This document shows positions 51,129-62,195 of a stretch of 64,000 bases of DNA, piece after piece. A program made the position numbers and the translations under genes. Positions within the stretch are counted from its first letter, which is position 1; each line of letters opens with the position of its first letter. The notes under the pieces were generated by a model that did not search any database, had not been told where the DNA came from, and saw nothing but the letters and a program-made list of their open reading frames with translations. Source of the stretch: Escherichia coli (lineage in GTDB: Bacteria > Pseudomonadota > Gammaproteobacteria > Enterobacterales > Enterobacteriaceae); NCBI RefSeq assembly GCF_050320075.1, contig NZ_CP190018.1; one strand, 5' to 3'.

Positions 51129-51167
51129 AAGGCGACACCATGCGACTATGGGTCGCCTTTATTTTTT
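51129..51167 (+). terminator. Rho-independent terminator downstream of trxB
   Basis: Hairpin AAGGCGAC...GTCGCCTT followed by TATTTTTT. Confidence 0.7.
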
Positions 51168-51223
51168 CCTCGTTGTAACATTGCTCTGCAAATAATTCTG
51201 ATAACTCACCTGCTAAGCGTGCA

Positions 51224-52990
51224 ATGAATAAATCCCGTCAAAAAGAGTTAACCCGCTGGTTAAAACAGCAAAGCGTCATCTCCCAACGTTGGCTGAATAT
51301 TTCTCGTCTGCTGGGCTTTGTGAGCGGCATATTGATCATTGCCCAGGCCTGGTTCATGGCGCGAATTCTGCAACATATGATTATGGAGAATATTCCCCGT
51401 GAAGCCCTGCTGCTTCCCTTTACGTTACTGGTTCTGACCTTTGTACTTCGCGCATGGGTGGTCTGGTTACGCGAACGGGTGGGTTATCACGCCGGGCAGC
51501 ATATCCGCTTTGCCATCCGCCGTCAGGTTCTCGACCGTCTGCAACAAGCAGGGCCAGCGTGGATTCAGGGTAAACCGGCGGGGAGCTGGGCGACGCTGGT
51601 ACTCGAGCAAATTGACGATATGCATGATTACTATGCACGCTACCTGCCGCAAATGGCGCTGGCAGTGTCGGTGCCGTTGCTGATTGTGGTGGCTATCTTC
51701 CCCTCTAACTGGGCTGCGGCGCTCATTCTGCTGGGCACTGCTCCGTTAATTCCGTTGTTTATGGCGCTGGTTGGAATGGGGGCTGCCGATGCTAACCGAC
51801 GTAACTTTCTCGCTCTTGCTCGCTTAAGTGGGCATTTTCTCGATCGCCTGCGCGGCATGGAAACATTGCGTATTTTTGGTCGTGGTGAAGCTGAAATTGA
51901 AAGTATTCGTTCTGCTTCGGAAGATTTCCGCCAACGGACAATGGAAGTGCTACGGCTGGCGTTTTTATCCTCCGGCATTCTCGAATTTTTTACCTCGCTG
52001 TCAATTGCTCTGGTGGCGGTCTACTTTGGTTTTTCCTATCTCGGCGAGCTGGATTTTGGTCACTATGATACTGGCGTGACGCTGGCTGCGGGTTTTCTGG
52101 CCCTGATCCTTGCGCCGGAGTTTTTCCAGCCATTACGCGATCTCGGTACGTTTTATCATGCTAAAGCCCAGGCTGTTGGTGCAGCTGACAGTTTGAAAAC
52201 GTTTATGGAAACCCCGCTTGCCCATCCGCAGCGTGGTGAGGCGGAATTAGCATCGACCGATCCGGTGACCATTGAAGCCGAGGAGCTGTTTATTACATCA
52301 CCAGAAGGTAAAACGCTGGCCGGACCGCTGAACTTTACTTTGCCAGCAGGCCAACGTGCCGTGTTGGTTGGTCGCAGCGGTTCAGGTAAAAGCTCACTGC
52401 TGAACGCGCTTTCTGGTTTTCTCTCATATCAGGGATCGCTACGAATCAACGGGATAGAATTACGCGATTTATCACCGGAATCATGGCGTAAACATCTCTC
52501 CTGGGTTGGGCAAAACCCACAATTACCGGCAGCAACACTACGGGATAACGTACTACTGGCACGACCTGATGCCAGCGAACACGAGTTACAAACAGCGCTG
52601 GATAACGCCTGGGTCAGTGAGTTTCTACCGCTCCTGCCACAAGGCGTTGATACGCCTGTTGGCGACCAGGCTGCCCGCCTTTCCGTGGGGCAGGCACAGC
52701 GCGTGGCGGTGGCCCGAGCATTACTAAATCCCTGTTCGCTATTACTGTTGGATGAACCCGCTGCCAGCCTTGATGCTCACAGTGAACAGCGCGTAATGGA
52801 GGCGCTTAATGCCGCCTCTCTGGGCCAGACAACGTTAATGGTCACCCACCAGTTAGAAGATCTTGCTGACTGGGATGTCATTTGGGTAATGCAGGATGGT
52901 CAGATTATTGAGCAAGGACGTTACGCGGAATTAAGCGTGGCTGGTGGTCCTTTCTCCACATTGCTGGCCCATCGTCAGGAGGAGATTTAA
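51224..52990 (+). CDS. cydD: Cysteine/glutathione ABC exporter CydD
   Basis: 588-aa ORF with TMD plus NBD (Walker [10 protein letters not shown]). Confidence 0.95.
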   Translation: MNKSRQKELTRWLKQQSVISQRWLNISRLLGFVSGILIIAQAWFMARILQHMIMENIPREALLLPFTLLVLTFVLRAWVVWLRERVGYHAGQHIRFAIRRQVLDRLQQAGPAWIQGKPAGSWATLVLEQIDDMHDYYARYLPQMALAVSVPLLIVVAIFPSNWAAALILLGTAPLIPLFMALVGMGAADANRRNFLALARLSGHFLDRLRGMETLRIFGRGEAEIESIRSASEDFRQRTMEVLRLAFLSSGILEFFTSLSIALVAVYFGFSYLGELDFGHYDTGVTLAAGFLALILAPEFFQPLRDLGTFYHAKAQAVGAADSLKTFMETPLAHPQRGEAELASTDPVTIEAEELFITSPEGKTLAGPLNFTLPAGQRAVLVGRSGSGKSSLLNALSGFLSYQGSLRINGIELRDLSPESWRKHLSWVGQNPQLPAATLRDNVLLARPDASEHELQTALDNAWVSEFLPLLPQGVDTPVGDQAARLSVGQAQRVAVARALLNPCSLLLLDEPAASLDAHSEQRVMEALNAASLGQTTLMVTHQLEDLADWDVIWVMQDGQIIEQGRYAELSVAGGPFSTLLAHRQEEI

Positions 52991-54712
52991 ATGCGCGCTT
53001 TGCTACCCTATCTGGCACTGTATAAACGTCATAAATGGATGTTAAGTCTTGGTATTGTGCTGGCAATTGTCACGCTGCTCGCCAGTATCGGTCTGTTGAC
53101 ACTTTCCGGCTGGTTCCTCTCGGCCTCAGCGGTAGCGGGGGTTGCCGGACTGTACAGCTTCAACTATATGCTACCCGCTGCGGGCGTGCGTGGTGCAGCA
53201 ATCACCCGTACTGCCGGGCGCTATTTTGAACGTCTGGTAAGTCACGACGCGACTTTCCGCGTGTTGCAGCATCTGCGCATTTATACCTTCAGCAAATTGC
53301 TGCCCCTCTCCCCTGCCGGACTGGCGCGCTATCGTCAGGGCGAATTGCTCAACCGCGTGGTGGCGGATGTTGATACGCTCGATCATCTTTACCTGCGCGT
53401 TATCTCGCCGCTGGTGGGCGCTTTTGTGGTGATTATGGTGGTGACAATCGGGTTAAGTTTCCTTGATTTCACCCTCGCCTTTACGCTGGGCGGCATTATG
53501 TTACTGACGCTTTTCCTGATGCCACCGCTGTTTTATCGTGCGGGAAAAAGCACCGGGCAAAATCTGACTCATCTTCGCGGGCAGTATCGCCAACAACTGA
53601 CGGCCTGGCTGCAAGGGCAAGCTGAGCTGACCATTTTTGGTGCCAGCGATCGTTATCGCACGCAGTTAGAGAATACCGAAATTCAGTGGCTGGAAGCGCA
53701 ACGACGTCAATCTGAACTCACCGCATTGTCGCAAGCGATAATGCTGCTCATTGGCGCGTTAGCGGTGATCCTGATGCTGTGGATGGCGTCTGGCGGCGTT
53801 GGCGGCAATGCTCAACCCGGCGCGTTAATTGCCCTGTTTGTCTTCTGCGCGTTAGCCGCGTTTGAAGCACTGGCACCAGTAACGGGTGCATTTCAGCATC
53901 TGGGGCAAGTCATTGCCTCTGCCGTTCGGATCACTGACTTAACGGATCAAAAACCGGAAGTCACCTTCCCTGATACCCAAACTCGTGTTGCCGATCGCGT
54001 TTCGTTGACGTTACGGGATGTTCAGTTCACTTATCCGGAGCAATCCCAACAGGCACTTAAAGGGATTTCTCTTCAGGTAAACGCCGGAGAACATATAGCG
54101 ATTCTCGGGCGAACCGGATGCGGCAAATCAACACTGTTACAACTGCTGACCCGCGCATGGGACCCGCAACAGGGCGAGATTTTGCTTAACGGTAGCCCCA
54201 TAGCCAGCCTGAATGAAGCGACTCTACGACAGACCATCAGCGTTGTTCCTCAGCGAGTGCATCTGTTTAGCGCCACGCTGCGTGATAATCTGTTACTCGC
54301 CTCGCCTGGCAGTAGTGATGAGGCTCTGGCGGAGATCTTACGTCGCGTTGGTCTGGAGAAGTTGCTCGAGGATGCAGGTCTCAACAGTTGGTTAGGTGAA
54401 GGCGGACGCCAGCTCTCCGGTGGTGAACTGCGCCGTCTGGCTATCGCCCGTGCGCTGTTACATGATGCGCCGCTGGTATTGCTGGATGAACCTACAGAAG
54501 GCTTAGATGCCACAACCGAAAGTCAGATCCTTGAATTGCTTGCAGAAATGATGCATGAGAAAACGGTGTTAATGGTCACCCATCGACTTCGCGGACTCTC
54601 TCGTTTCCAACAAATAATAGTGATGGACAACGGGCAAATTATTGAGCAAGGTACTCACGCAGAACTGCTTGCCAGACAGGGGCGTTATTACCAGTTTAAG
54701 CAGGGTTTGTAA
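52991..54712 (+). CDS. cydC: Cysteine/glutathione ABC exporter CydC
   Basis: 573-aa ORF; ATG immediately follows the cydD stop; Walker A GRTGCGKST. Confidence 0.95.
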   Translation: MRALLPYLALYKRHKWMLSLGIVLAIVTLLASIGLLTLSGWFLSASAVAGVAGLYSFNYMLPAAGVRGAAITRTAGRYFERLVSHDATFRVLQHLRIYTFSKLLPLSPAGLARYRQGELLNRVVADVDTLDHLYLRVISPLVGAFVVIMVVTIGLSFLDFTLAFTLGGIMLLTLFLMPPLFYRAGKSTGQNLTHLRGQYRQQLTAWLQGQAELTIFGASDRYRTQLENTEIQWLEAQRRQSELTALSQAIMLLIGALAVILMLWMASGGVGGNAQPGALIALFVFCALAAFEALAPVTGAFQHLGQVIASAVRITDLTDQKPEVTFPDTQTRVADRVSLTLRDVQFTYPEQSQQALKGISLQVNAGEHIAILGRTGCGKSTLLQLLTRAWDPQQGEILLNGSPIASLNEATLRQTISVVPQRVHLFSATLRDNLLLASPGSSDEALAEILRRVGLEKLLEDAGLNSWLGEGGRQLSGGELRRLAIARALLHDAPLVLLDEPTEGLDATTESQILELLAEMMHEKTVLMVTHRLRGLSRFQQIIVMDNGQIIEQGTHAELLARQGRYYQFKQGL

Positions 54713-54753
54713 GCTATTATTGAACGATCCGACTTGCGTGGAGTTTTGCGGTC

Positions 54754-55458
54754 ATGCGCCTGGTTCAGCTTTCTCGCCATTCAATAGCCTTCCCTTCCCC
54801 GGAAGGCGCATTACGTGAGCCTAACGGCCTGCTGGCACTTGGGGGCGATCTTAGCCCTGCACGCCTGTTAATGGCTTACCAGCGTGGTATTTTTCCGTGG
54901 TTTTCTCCCGGCGACCCCATCCTCTGGTGGTCGCCCGATCCCCGCGCGGTGCTTTGGCCTGAATCACTGCATATCAGCCGTAGTATGAAGCGATTTCATA
55001 AACGCTCGCCCTATCGTGTCACGATGAATTACGCTTTTGGTCAGGTCATTGAAGGCTGTGCCAGCGATCGCGAAGAAGGAACCTGGATCACGCGTGGCGT
55101 GGTCGAAGCCTACCATCGCCTTCACGAACTCGGTCATGCCCACTCCATTGAAGTCTGGCGTGAAGATGAGCTTGTCGGCGGTATGTACGGCGTGGCCCAG
55201 GGAACGCTATTTTGTGGTGAGTCCATGTTCAGCCGGATGGAAAATGCGTCTAAAACGGCGCTTCTGGTATTCTGTGAGGAATTTATTGGTCATGGCGGTA
55301 AGCTTATCGACTGCCAGGTACTTAACGATCACACAGCGTCGCTTGGTGCCTGCGAAATTCCCCGCCGGGATTACCTCAATTATCTCAATCAAATGCGCCT
55401 CGGACGATTGCCGAATAATTTCTGGGTACCACGGTGCTTGTTTTCACCACAAGAATGA
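54754..55458 (+). CDS. aat: Leucyl/phenylalanyl-tRNA--protein transferase
   Basis: 234-aa [34 protein letters not shown]... Confidence 0.95.
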
Positions 55459-55739
55459 ATGTTTTCGGCACATTTCTCCCCAGAGTGTTATAATTGCGGT
55501 CGCAGAGTTGGTTACGCTCATTACCCCGCTGCCGATAAGGAATTTTTCGCGTCAGGTAACGCCCATCGTTTATCTCACCGCTCCCTTATACGTTGCGCTT
55601 TTGGTGCGGCTTAGCCGTGTGTTTTCGGAGTAATGTGCCGAACCTGTTTGTTGCGATTTAGCGCGCAAATCTTTACTTATTTACAGAACTTCGGCATTAT
55701 CTTGCCGGTTCAAATTACGGTAGTGATACCCCAGAGGAT

Positions 55740-55961
<222 letters not shown>

Positions 55962-56001
55962 TTGTTTTACCGCCTGATGGGCGAAGAGAAAGAACGAGTA
56001 A

Positions 56002-56030
56002 AAGGTCGGTTTAACCGGCCTTTTTATTTT
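56002..56030 (+). terminator. Rho-independent terminator downstream of infA
   Basis: Hairpin AGGTCGGTT-T-AACCGGCCT followed by TTTTTATTTT. Confidence 0.65.
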
Positions 56031-56142
56031 GTGATATGTATGAAGTACTTTGGAAGTATAAGTCCATAACTTGTCTCGATGTAGATATACTGCACAACTT
56101 GTTTACAGTATGAGCAAACAATAATTATCATTAAAATTCTTC

Positions 56143-56171
56143 TTGACCGTTTTACTCCAACTCCCTATAGT
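56143..56171 (+). promoter_or_regulatory. Candidate sigma70 promoter for serW
   Basis: -35 TTGACC at 56143-56148, 17-bp spacer, -10 TATAGT at 56166-56171, AT-rich upstream tract and GC-rich discriminator, about 44 bp before the tRNA 5' end. Confidence 0.55.
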
Positions 56172-56214
56172 AGCGCCCCGTTGCCACCCATGAGGTTTGG
56201 TAGCAAAACAATTT

Positions 56215-56302
56215 GGTGAGGTGTCCGAGTGGCTGAAGGAGCACGCCTGGAAAGTGTGTATACGGCAACGTATCGGGGGTTCGAATCCCCCCCTCACCGC
56301 CA
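56215..56302 (+). tRNA. serW: tRNA-Ser (anticodon GGA)
   Basis: 88-nt sequence GGTGAGGTGTCCGAGTGG...GGTTCGAATCCCCCCCTCACCGCCA with long variable arm; anticodon GGA at 56249-56251; encoded CCA end. Confidence 0.95.
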
Positions 56303-56313
56303 TATTTAAAGAA

Positions 56314-56347
56314 AAGCTCGTACGAAAGTGCGAGCTTTTTTTTCGCA
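56314..56347 (+). terminator. Rho-independent terminator after serW (copy 1 of 3)
   Basis: Hairpin GCTCGTAC-GAAA-GTGCGAGC followed by a run of eight or more T. Confidence 0.7.
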
Positions 56348-56493
56348 TATTGCACTCCAGGGGGGATGAGAAGCCCCGACCGGGGTTCGACAACTGGCGC
56401 AGCCAGTTGGACAGACCACGAACACAGTGAGTGGGCTGCCCGCAGGGCGAGCGAAGCGAGTCAATCCCCCCCTCACCGCCATATTCAAAGAAG

Positions 56494-56527
56494 AGCTCGT
56501 ACGAAAGTGCGAGCTTTTTTTTCGCAT
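56494..56527 (+). terminator. Terminator-like hairpin, repeat copy 2
   Basis: Same hairpin plus T-run inside the second repeat unit. Confidence 0.6.
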
Positions 56528-56672
56528 ATTGCACTCCAGGGGGGATGAGAAGCCCCGACCGGGGTTCGACAACTGGCGCAGCCAGTTGGACAGACCACGA
56601 ACACAGTGAGTGGGCTGCCCGCAGGGCGAGCGAAGCGAGTCAATCCCCCCTCACCGCCATATTTAAAGAAAA

Positions 56673-56700
56673 GCTCGTACGAAAGTACGAGTTTTTTTTC
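56673..56700 (+). terminator. Terminator-like hairpin, repeat copy 3
   Basis: CTCGTAC-GAAA-GTACGAG followed by TTTTTTTT. Confidence 0.6.
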
Positions 56701-56939
56701 GCATTTTATCTGCCTGTACGGCAGTGAACGGTATAAAAATCGAGTTTTTCTTTCGGTTGGCTTTCTAAGCTGCCTGTACGGCAGTGAACTCAAATACTAC
56801 ACGTTTAGTCCGTTATTAATAAAGCAAAACCATCTCATTTTCCTGCTGCCACCCTTTTTTATTCTTACCTTCCAGCACCATTAATTATCAACAACTTACC
56901 TTCACCTCCAAAAATAGGGTTTTCACCGCCCCAGCCTAC

Positions 56940-56978
56940 AAACAAAAAGTCCGTAACCTCTTTCGAGATTACGGACTT
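56940..56978 (-). terminator. Rho-independent terminator downstream of clpA
   Basis: Minus-strand hairpin AGTCCGTAA...TTACGGACT followed by TTTTTGTTTG. Confidence 0.65.
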
Positions 56979-57001
56979 CACCAACCTACCTGACAATCAG
57001 A

Positions 57002-59278
57002 TTAATGCGCTGCTTCCGCCTTGTGCTTTTGTGCACTCTGGAATCCATAAGTCAGCTCATTTTTCTCTTTATCCAGCGCAACCGTCACCTGACCGCCGTC
57101 CACCAGCGAACCAAACAACAGTTCGTTGGCGAGCGGTTTTTTCAGGTTGTCCTGGATGACACGCGCCATCGGACGTGCGCCCATTGCCCGGTCGTAACCT
57201 TTCTCGGCCAGCCAGTTACGCGCTTCCTGGCTCACTTCCAGAGAAACACCTTTCTGATCCAACTGAACCTGCAACTCGACGATGAATTTATCCACTACCT
57301 GATGGATCACGTCGGTGGAGAGATGATCGAACCAGATAATGTTGTCGAGACGGTTACGAAACTCCGGCGTAAAGATCTTCTTGATCTCTTCCATCGCATC
57401 GGTGCTGTTGTCCTGGTGGATAAGACCAATCGATTTGCGCTCAGTTTCTCGTACCCCAGCGTTGGTGGTCATCACCAATACCACGTTACGGAAGTCCGCT
57501 TTGCGTCCGTTGTTATCGGTCAGCGTACCGTTGTCCATCACCTGCAACAGAATATTGAACACGTCCGGGTGCGCTTTCTCGATTTCGTCCAGCAGCAGCA
57601 CCGCATGTGGATGCTTGATGACCGCATCAGTCAGCAAACCGCCCTGATCAAAACCAACGTATCCCGGAGGCGCACCAATCAGACGGCTGACGGTATGGCG
57701 TTCCATATACTCGGACATATCAAAGCGCAGAAGCTCAATGCCCAAAGCTTTCGAAAGCTGTACCGTCACCTCTGTTTTCCCGACCCCGGTAGGGCCGGCA
57801 AACAGGAACGAACCGACCGGTTTATGTTCGTGACCTAAACCTGCACGCGCCATCTTAATGGCTTCAGTCAGCGCCTCAATGGCTTTATCCTGACCGAAGA
57901 CCAGCATTTTCAGGCGATCGCCGAGGTTTTTCAGGGTATCGCGGTCACTCTGAGAAACACTCTTCTCTGGAATGCGTGCAATACGGGCCACCACGGACTC
58001 AATATCCGCCACATTAACGGTTTTCTTGCGTTTGCTTACCGGCATCAGGCGTGCGCGAGCGCCCGCTTCGTCGATGACGTCAATGGCTTTATCCGGCAGA
58101 TGACGATCGTTAATGTATTTCACCGCCAGCTCTACCGCTGCACGCACCGCTTTTGCGGTATAACGCACATCGTGGTGCGCTTCATACTTCGGTTTCAGGC
58201 CGTTGATGATTTGAACAGTTTCTTCGATCGACGGTTCAGTAATATCAATTTTCTGGAAGCGACGCGCCAAAGCACGGTCTTTCTCGAAAATGTTGCTGAA
58301 CTCCTGATAGGTTGTCGAACCAATTACGCGAATTTTACCGCTGGAGAGCAACGGTTTGATCAGGTTAGCCGCATCGACCTGACCACCAGACGCTGCACCC
58401 GCACCGATAATGGTGTGGATCTCATCAATAAACAGGATGCTGTTAGTGTCCTGCTCCAGCTGCTTGAGCAACGCTTTAAAACGTTTTTCAAAGTCGCCGC
58501 GATATTTTGTGCCCGCTAACAGAGAACCGATATCGAGAGAGTAAATCGTACAGTCAGCCATCACTTCCGGCACATCACCCTGAACAATTCGCCAGGCAAG
58601 ACCTTCCGCAATCGCGGTTTTACCGACACCAGATTCCCCCACCAGCAGCGGGTTGTTTTTACGGCGACGGCAGAGAACCTGAATAGCACGCTCCAGCTCC
58701 TTCTCACGACCAATCAGTGGGTCGATTCCGCCCACGCGCGCAAGCTGATTCAGGTTCGTCGTGAAATTCTCCATACGTTCCTCCCCACCAGCTTGTTCTT
58801 CGCTGTTTGGCTGGCTGCCAGGATCAGAAGACTGTGTCGGCTCGTCTTTACGCGTGCCATGAGAGATAAAGTTCACCACATCGAGACGGCTGACTTCATG
58901 TTTACGCAACAGATATGCCGCCTGCGACTCCTGTTCGCTAAAGATAGCGACCAGAACGTTTGCACCGGTAACCTCATTGCGACCGGAGGACTGGACATGG
59001 AAGACCGCACGTTGCAGCACACGCTGAAAACTCAGCGTCGGCTGTGTGTCGCGCTCCTCTTCACTGGCAGGCAGAACGGGTGTGGTTTGTTCAATAAAGG
59101 CTTCCAGTTCCTGACGGAGCGCAACCAAATCCACAGAACACGCTTCCAGCGCCTCCCGGGCAGATGGGTTACTGAGCAGCGCCAGTAACAAGTGCTCGAC
59201 GGTCATAAACTCATGACGGTGCTCGCGCGCTCTGGCGAAAGCCATATTTAAACTGAGTTCCAGTTCTTGATTGAGCAT
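57002..59278 (-). CDS. clpA: ATP-dependent Clp protease ATP-binding subunit ClpA
   Basis: Conserved start [19 protein letters not shown] at ATG 59276-59278 (track ORF starts five codons upstream); two AAA+ modules with Walker A GESGVGKT and GPTGVGKT. Confidence 0.97.
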   Translation of the reverse strand: MLNQELELSLNMAFARAREHRHEFMTVEHLLLALLSNPSAREALEACSVDLVALRQELEAFIEQTTPVLPASEEERDTQPTLSFQRVLQRAVFHVQSSGRNEVTGANVLVAIFSEQESQAAYLLRKHEVSRLDVVNFISHGTRKDEPTQSSDPGSQPNSEEQAGGEERMENFTTNLNQLARVGGIDPLIGREKELERAIQVLCRRRKNNPLLVGESGVGKTAIAEGLAWRIVQGDVPEVMADCTIYSLDIGSLLAGTKYRGDFEKRFKALLKQLEQDTNSILFIDEIHTIIGAGAASGGQVDAANLIKPLLSSGKIRVIGSTTYQEFSNIFEKDRALARRFQKIDITEPSIEETVQIINGLKPKYEAHHDVRYTAKAVRAAVELAVKYINDRHLPDKAIDVIDEAGARARLMPVSKRKKTVNVADIESVVARIARIPEKSVSQSDRDTLKNLGDRLKMLVFGQDKAIEALTEAIKMARAGLGHEHKPVGSFLFAGPTGVGKTEVTVQLSKALGIELLRFDMSEYMERHTVSRLIGAPPGYVGFDQGGLLTDAVIKHPHAVLLLDEIEKAHPDVFNILLQVMDNGTLTDNNGRKADFRNVVLVMTTNAGVRETERKSIGLIHQDNSTDAMEEIKKIFTPEFRNRLDNIIWFDHLSTDVIHQVVDKFIVELQVQLDQKGVSLEVSQEARNWLAEKGYDRAMGARPMARVIQDNLKKPLANELLFGSLVDGGQVTVALDKEKNELTYGFQSAQKHKAEAAH

Positions 59279-59308
59279 AGGCACCTCCCCCAATTTTTAT
59301 GCCTGCAT

Positions 59309-59629
59309 TCAGGCTTTTTCTAGCGTACACAGCAATGGATGCTCATTCTCCCTCGCGTACTTGTTCACCATCGCCACTTTGGTTTCTGCAACCTCGGCGG
59401 TAAAGACTCCGCAAATGGCCTTCCCCTGGTAGTGAACAGCGAGCATCAATTGCGTTGCACGTTCTACATCATAAGAAAAGAATTTTTGTAACACGTCAAT
59501 AACAAACTCCATCGGAGTGTAATCATCATTGACTAATATCACTTTATACATAGATGGCGGTTTTAGCGCGTCGCGAACTTTTTCTTCCGCCAGTTGATCA
59601 AAGTCCAGCCAGTCGTTCGTTTTACCCAT
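59309..59629 (-). CDS. clpS: ClpA adaptor protein ClpS
   Basis: 106-aa [21 protein letters not shown]... immediately upstream of clpA. Confidence 0.96.
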
Positions 59630-59951
59630 TGTCAGTTATCATCTTCGGTTACGGTTATCGGCAGAACGCCCTGCCGCTGACAAGAGCTTATTTGCCTGAC
59701 CAATCTACTCCACATGATAGATAACTATCATCTATCGTTGGCATCAGCGACATCTGTCACATTCCTGTCAATAGCGTTAACTGCTTCAAATTTTTGATTC
59801 ATACCTGCCCCCTGGCCCCTGTCAAATGCTTGACGGCTCGCCCTAATTCTCTAAATTGTATTTCTAGAGTTGGCGAGGTTTTGAACAGCCCCCTCTCTGA
59901 CCCCGGTTTATTCCATCTTACTTGTATAAGATTTGCGAAGGATGTCGAAGC

Positions 59952-60176
59952 ATGGAAAAGGGTACTGTTAAGTGGTTCAACAATGCCAAAGGGTTTGGTT
60001 TCATCTGCCCTGAAGGCGGCGGCGAAGATATTTTCGCTCATTATTCCACCATTCAGATGGATGGTTACAGAACGCTAAAAGCTGGACAATCCGTTCAGTT
60101 TGATGTCCACCAGGGGCCAAAAGGCAATCACGCCAGTGTTATTGTGCCCGTCGAAGTAGAAGCGGCAGTCGCATAG
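59952..60176 (+). CDS. cspD: Cold-shock-domain protein CspD
   Basis: Conserved start MEKGTVKWFNNAKGFGFI at ATG 59952 (track ORF starts ten codons upstream). Confidence 0.95.
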   Translation: MEKGTVKWFNNAKGFGFICPEGGGEDIFAHYSTIQMDGYRTLKAGQSVQFDVHQGPKGNHASVIVPVEVEAAVA

Positions 60177-60209
60177 CTCTTCTGTCTCATTGTGTACATC
60201 CTAAAGGCA

Positions 60210-60240
60210 AAATGCCAGCCCGATCGGCTGGCATTTTTAT
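60210..60240. terminator. Bidirectional terminator between convergent cspD and macB
   Basis: Hairpin TGCCAGCC-CGAT-GGCTGGCA with an A-run upstream and a T-run downstream. Confidence 0.7.
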
Positions 60241-60248
60241 CTCAAAAA

Positions 60249-62195
60249 TTACTCTCGTGCCAGAGCATCTACTGGATCCAGTCGTGCCGCATTTCGTGCG
60301 GGTAACCAGCCAAATAAAATCCCGGTGACCGTCGAGCAGAGAAACGCCAGCAGCAGCGCCAACGGTGAAAAACCAATCTCCCAGCCGGGTAAGAAAAGCT
60401 GTAAGGTGAAAGCAATTAACAGTGACAGTGTTATTCCCAACGCGCCACCGACCAGGCAAACCAGTACTGCTTCGATCAGGAACTGTTGCAACACATCACT
60501 TGCTCGCGCACCTACAGCCATGCGAATGCCAATTTCCCGCGTCCGCTCGGTCACTGACACCAGCATAATATTCATTACACCAATACCGCCCACCACTAGC
60601 GAAATCACCGCCACCAGCGTCAGAAACAGTTGTAAAGTACGTGTGGTCTTTTCAACGGTTTTCAAGACGCCGTCCATGTTCCAGGTAAAGAAATCCTTCT
60701 TACCGTGGCGCAGTGAAAGTAAACGCGTGAGTTGCTGTTCCGCCTCGGCGCTGTCAAATCCTTCTTTCACCCTGACAGTAATGGAGTTCAGCCACGACTG
60801 GCCCATAACTCGCCCGGACATCGTGCTGTAAGGTAGCCAGACACGCAGCACTTTACTGCTACCAAACATCGACTGTTTTTCTTCCGCCACACCAATGACT
60901 CTGGCGGGCATATTGCCGACCAGAATCACCTCGCCAACCACATCTGCTTTATGGGGGAAAAGCTGGCGGCGAGTATTACTGTCGAGCACCACCACCTGCG
61001 CACGACCGTTCAGCTGCTCCTGATTAAAGGTGTTCCCTTCACTGAAGGTCATGCCATAGACATTAAAATAATCGCCGCTCACGCCATTGGCACTGGCAGC
61101 AACATCAACATTGTTATAACGCAGGCGCAGGTTTTGCGAGACGGCAGGTGTGGCTGAGGCGACCCACGGTTGTTTTTGGATGGCGATTAAGTCGTCGTAC
61201 TTCAGCGCCTGCTGATATTGCGGATCGTCATCGCCAAAATCTTTCCCGGGATAGACATCAATAGTATTCGTACCAATAGAACGAATATCCGCCAGCACCA
61301 TTTGTTTGGCGGCGTCGCCCACCACGACAATTGAAACCACCGACGCAATACCGATAATAATCCCCAGCATGGTCAGTAAAGTACGCATTTTATTCGCTGC
61401 CAGCGCCCGCCATGCCATCGTCAGCGCTTCGTTAAAACCGCTGACAAATTGCCGCCAGCCAGAGGCCGTGTTGACAACAGGTTCCGTCCCGCCAGCAACA
61501 TTCACTTTTTCAACGGCGGGAGGATTGCGCACAATTTCGCCGTCGCGAATTTCGATCACCCGCTCGGCCTGAGCAGCGACCTGCGGATCGTGGGTAACGA
61601 TAATCACCGTATGCCCGCGATCGCGCAGCTGATGCAGGATCGCCATCACCTCTTCGCCAGAATGGCTGTCCAGTGCGCCGGTTGGTTCATCGGCAAGAAT
61701 TACCTGACCGCCGTTCATCAATGCCCGCGCGATGCTGACGCGCTGTTGCTGCCCCCCCGAAAGCTGTGCCGGGTAATACTCTGTACGGTCTTCCAGCCCC
61801 AGTCGTTGCAGTAACTCCTGGGCGCGAAGCAGCCGCTGTTTCCGCTCAAGACCGGCATAGACGGCGGGTACTTCAACGTTCTGCTCGGCGGTTAAATGCG
61901 AAAGCAAATGGTAACGCTGGAAAATAAAGCCGAAGTGTTCGCGACGCAGTTGCGCCAGCGCATCGGCGTCCAGCGTGGCAACATCCTGACCGGCTACGCG
62001 ATAGGTGCCGCTGGTGGCCTTATCCAGGCAGCCGAGAATATTCATCAGGGTCGATTTACCGGAACCCGAAGCGCCGACAATCGCCACCATCTCACCAGCA
62101 TAAATATCGAGGGTGATGCCCTTCAGCACCTCAACCTGCTCATCACCGGCAGGATAGCTGCGACGAATATCCTTTAATTCGAGCAAGGGCGTCAT
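60249..62195 (-). CDS. macB: Macrolide export ABC transporter MacB (fused NBD-permease)
   Basis: 648-aa ORF; N-terminal NBD with Walker [10 protein letters not shown] and C-terminal FtsX-like permease. Confidence 0.96.
   Translation of the reverse strand: MTPLLELKDIRRSYPAGDEQVEVLKGITLDIYAGEMVAIVGASGSGKSTLMNILGCLDKATSGTYRVAGQDVATLDADALAQLRREHFGFIFQRYHLLSHLTAEQNVEVPAVYAGLERKQRLLRAQELLQRLGLEDRTEYYPAQLSGGQQQRVSIARALMNGGQVILADEPTGALDSHSGEEVMAILHQLRDRGHTVIIVTHDPQVAAQAERVIEIRDGEIVRNPPAVEKVNVAGGTEPVVNTASGWRQFVSGFNEALTMAWRALAANKMRTLLTMLGIIIGIASVVSIVVVGDAAKQMVLADIRSIGTNTIDVYPGKDFGDDDPQYQQALKYDDLIAIQKQPWVASATPAVSQNLRLRYNNVDVAASANGVSGDYFNVYGMTFSEGNTFNQEQLNGRAQVVVLDSNTRRQLFPHKADVVGEVILVGNMPARVIGVAEEKQSMFGSSKVLRVWLPYSTMSGRVMGQSWLNSITVRVKEGFDSAEAEQQLTRLLSLRHGKKDFFTWNMDGVLKTVEKTTRTLQLFLTLVAVISLVVGGIGVMNIMLVSVTERTREIGIRMAVGARASDVLQQFLIEAVLVCLVGGALGITLSLLIAFTLQLFLPGWEIGFSPLALLLAFLCSTVTGILFGWLPARNAARLDPVDALARE

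Larger units (their letters stand above)
56303..56659 (+). repeat. Two tandem ~178-bp direct repeats downstream of serW, each ending in a copy of the tRNA 3' terminus
   Basis: Unit 1 at 56303-56481 and unit 2 at 56482-56659 are near-identical; each has a terminator-like hairpin, a ~118-bp body and AATCCCCCC(C)TCACCGCCA; a third partial unit (hairpin only) follows at 56660-56710. Confidence 0.9.

Noticed and set aside
56103-56884. Multiple overlapping 60-143-aa ORFs on both strands across serW and its repeats
   Set aside because: They run through a tRNA gene and terminator hairpins, and the repeated peptides simply mirror the DNA tandem repeat; no RBS or coding signal
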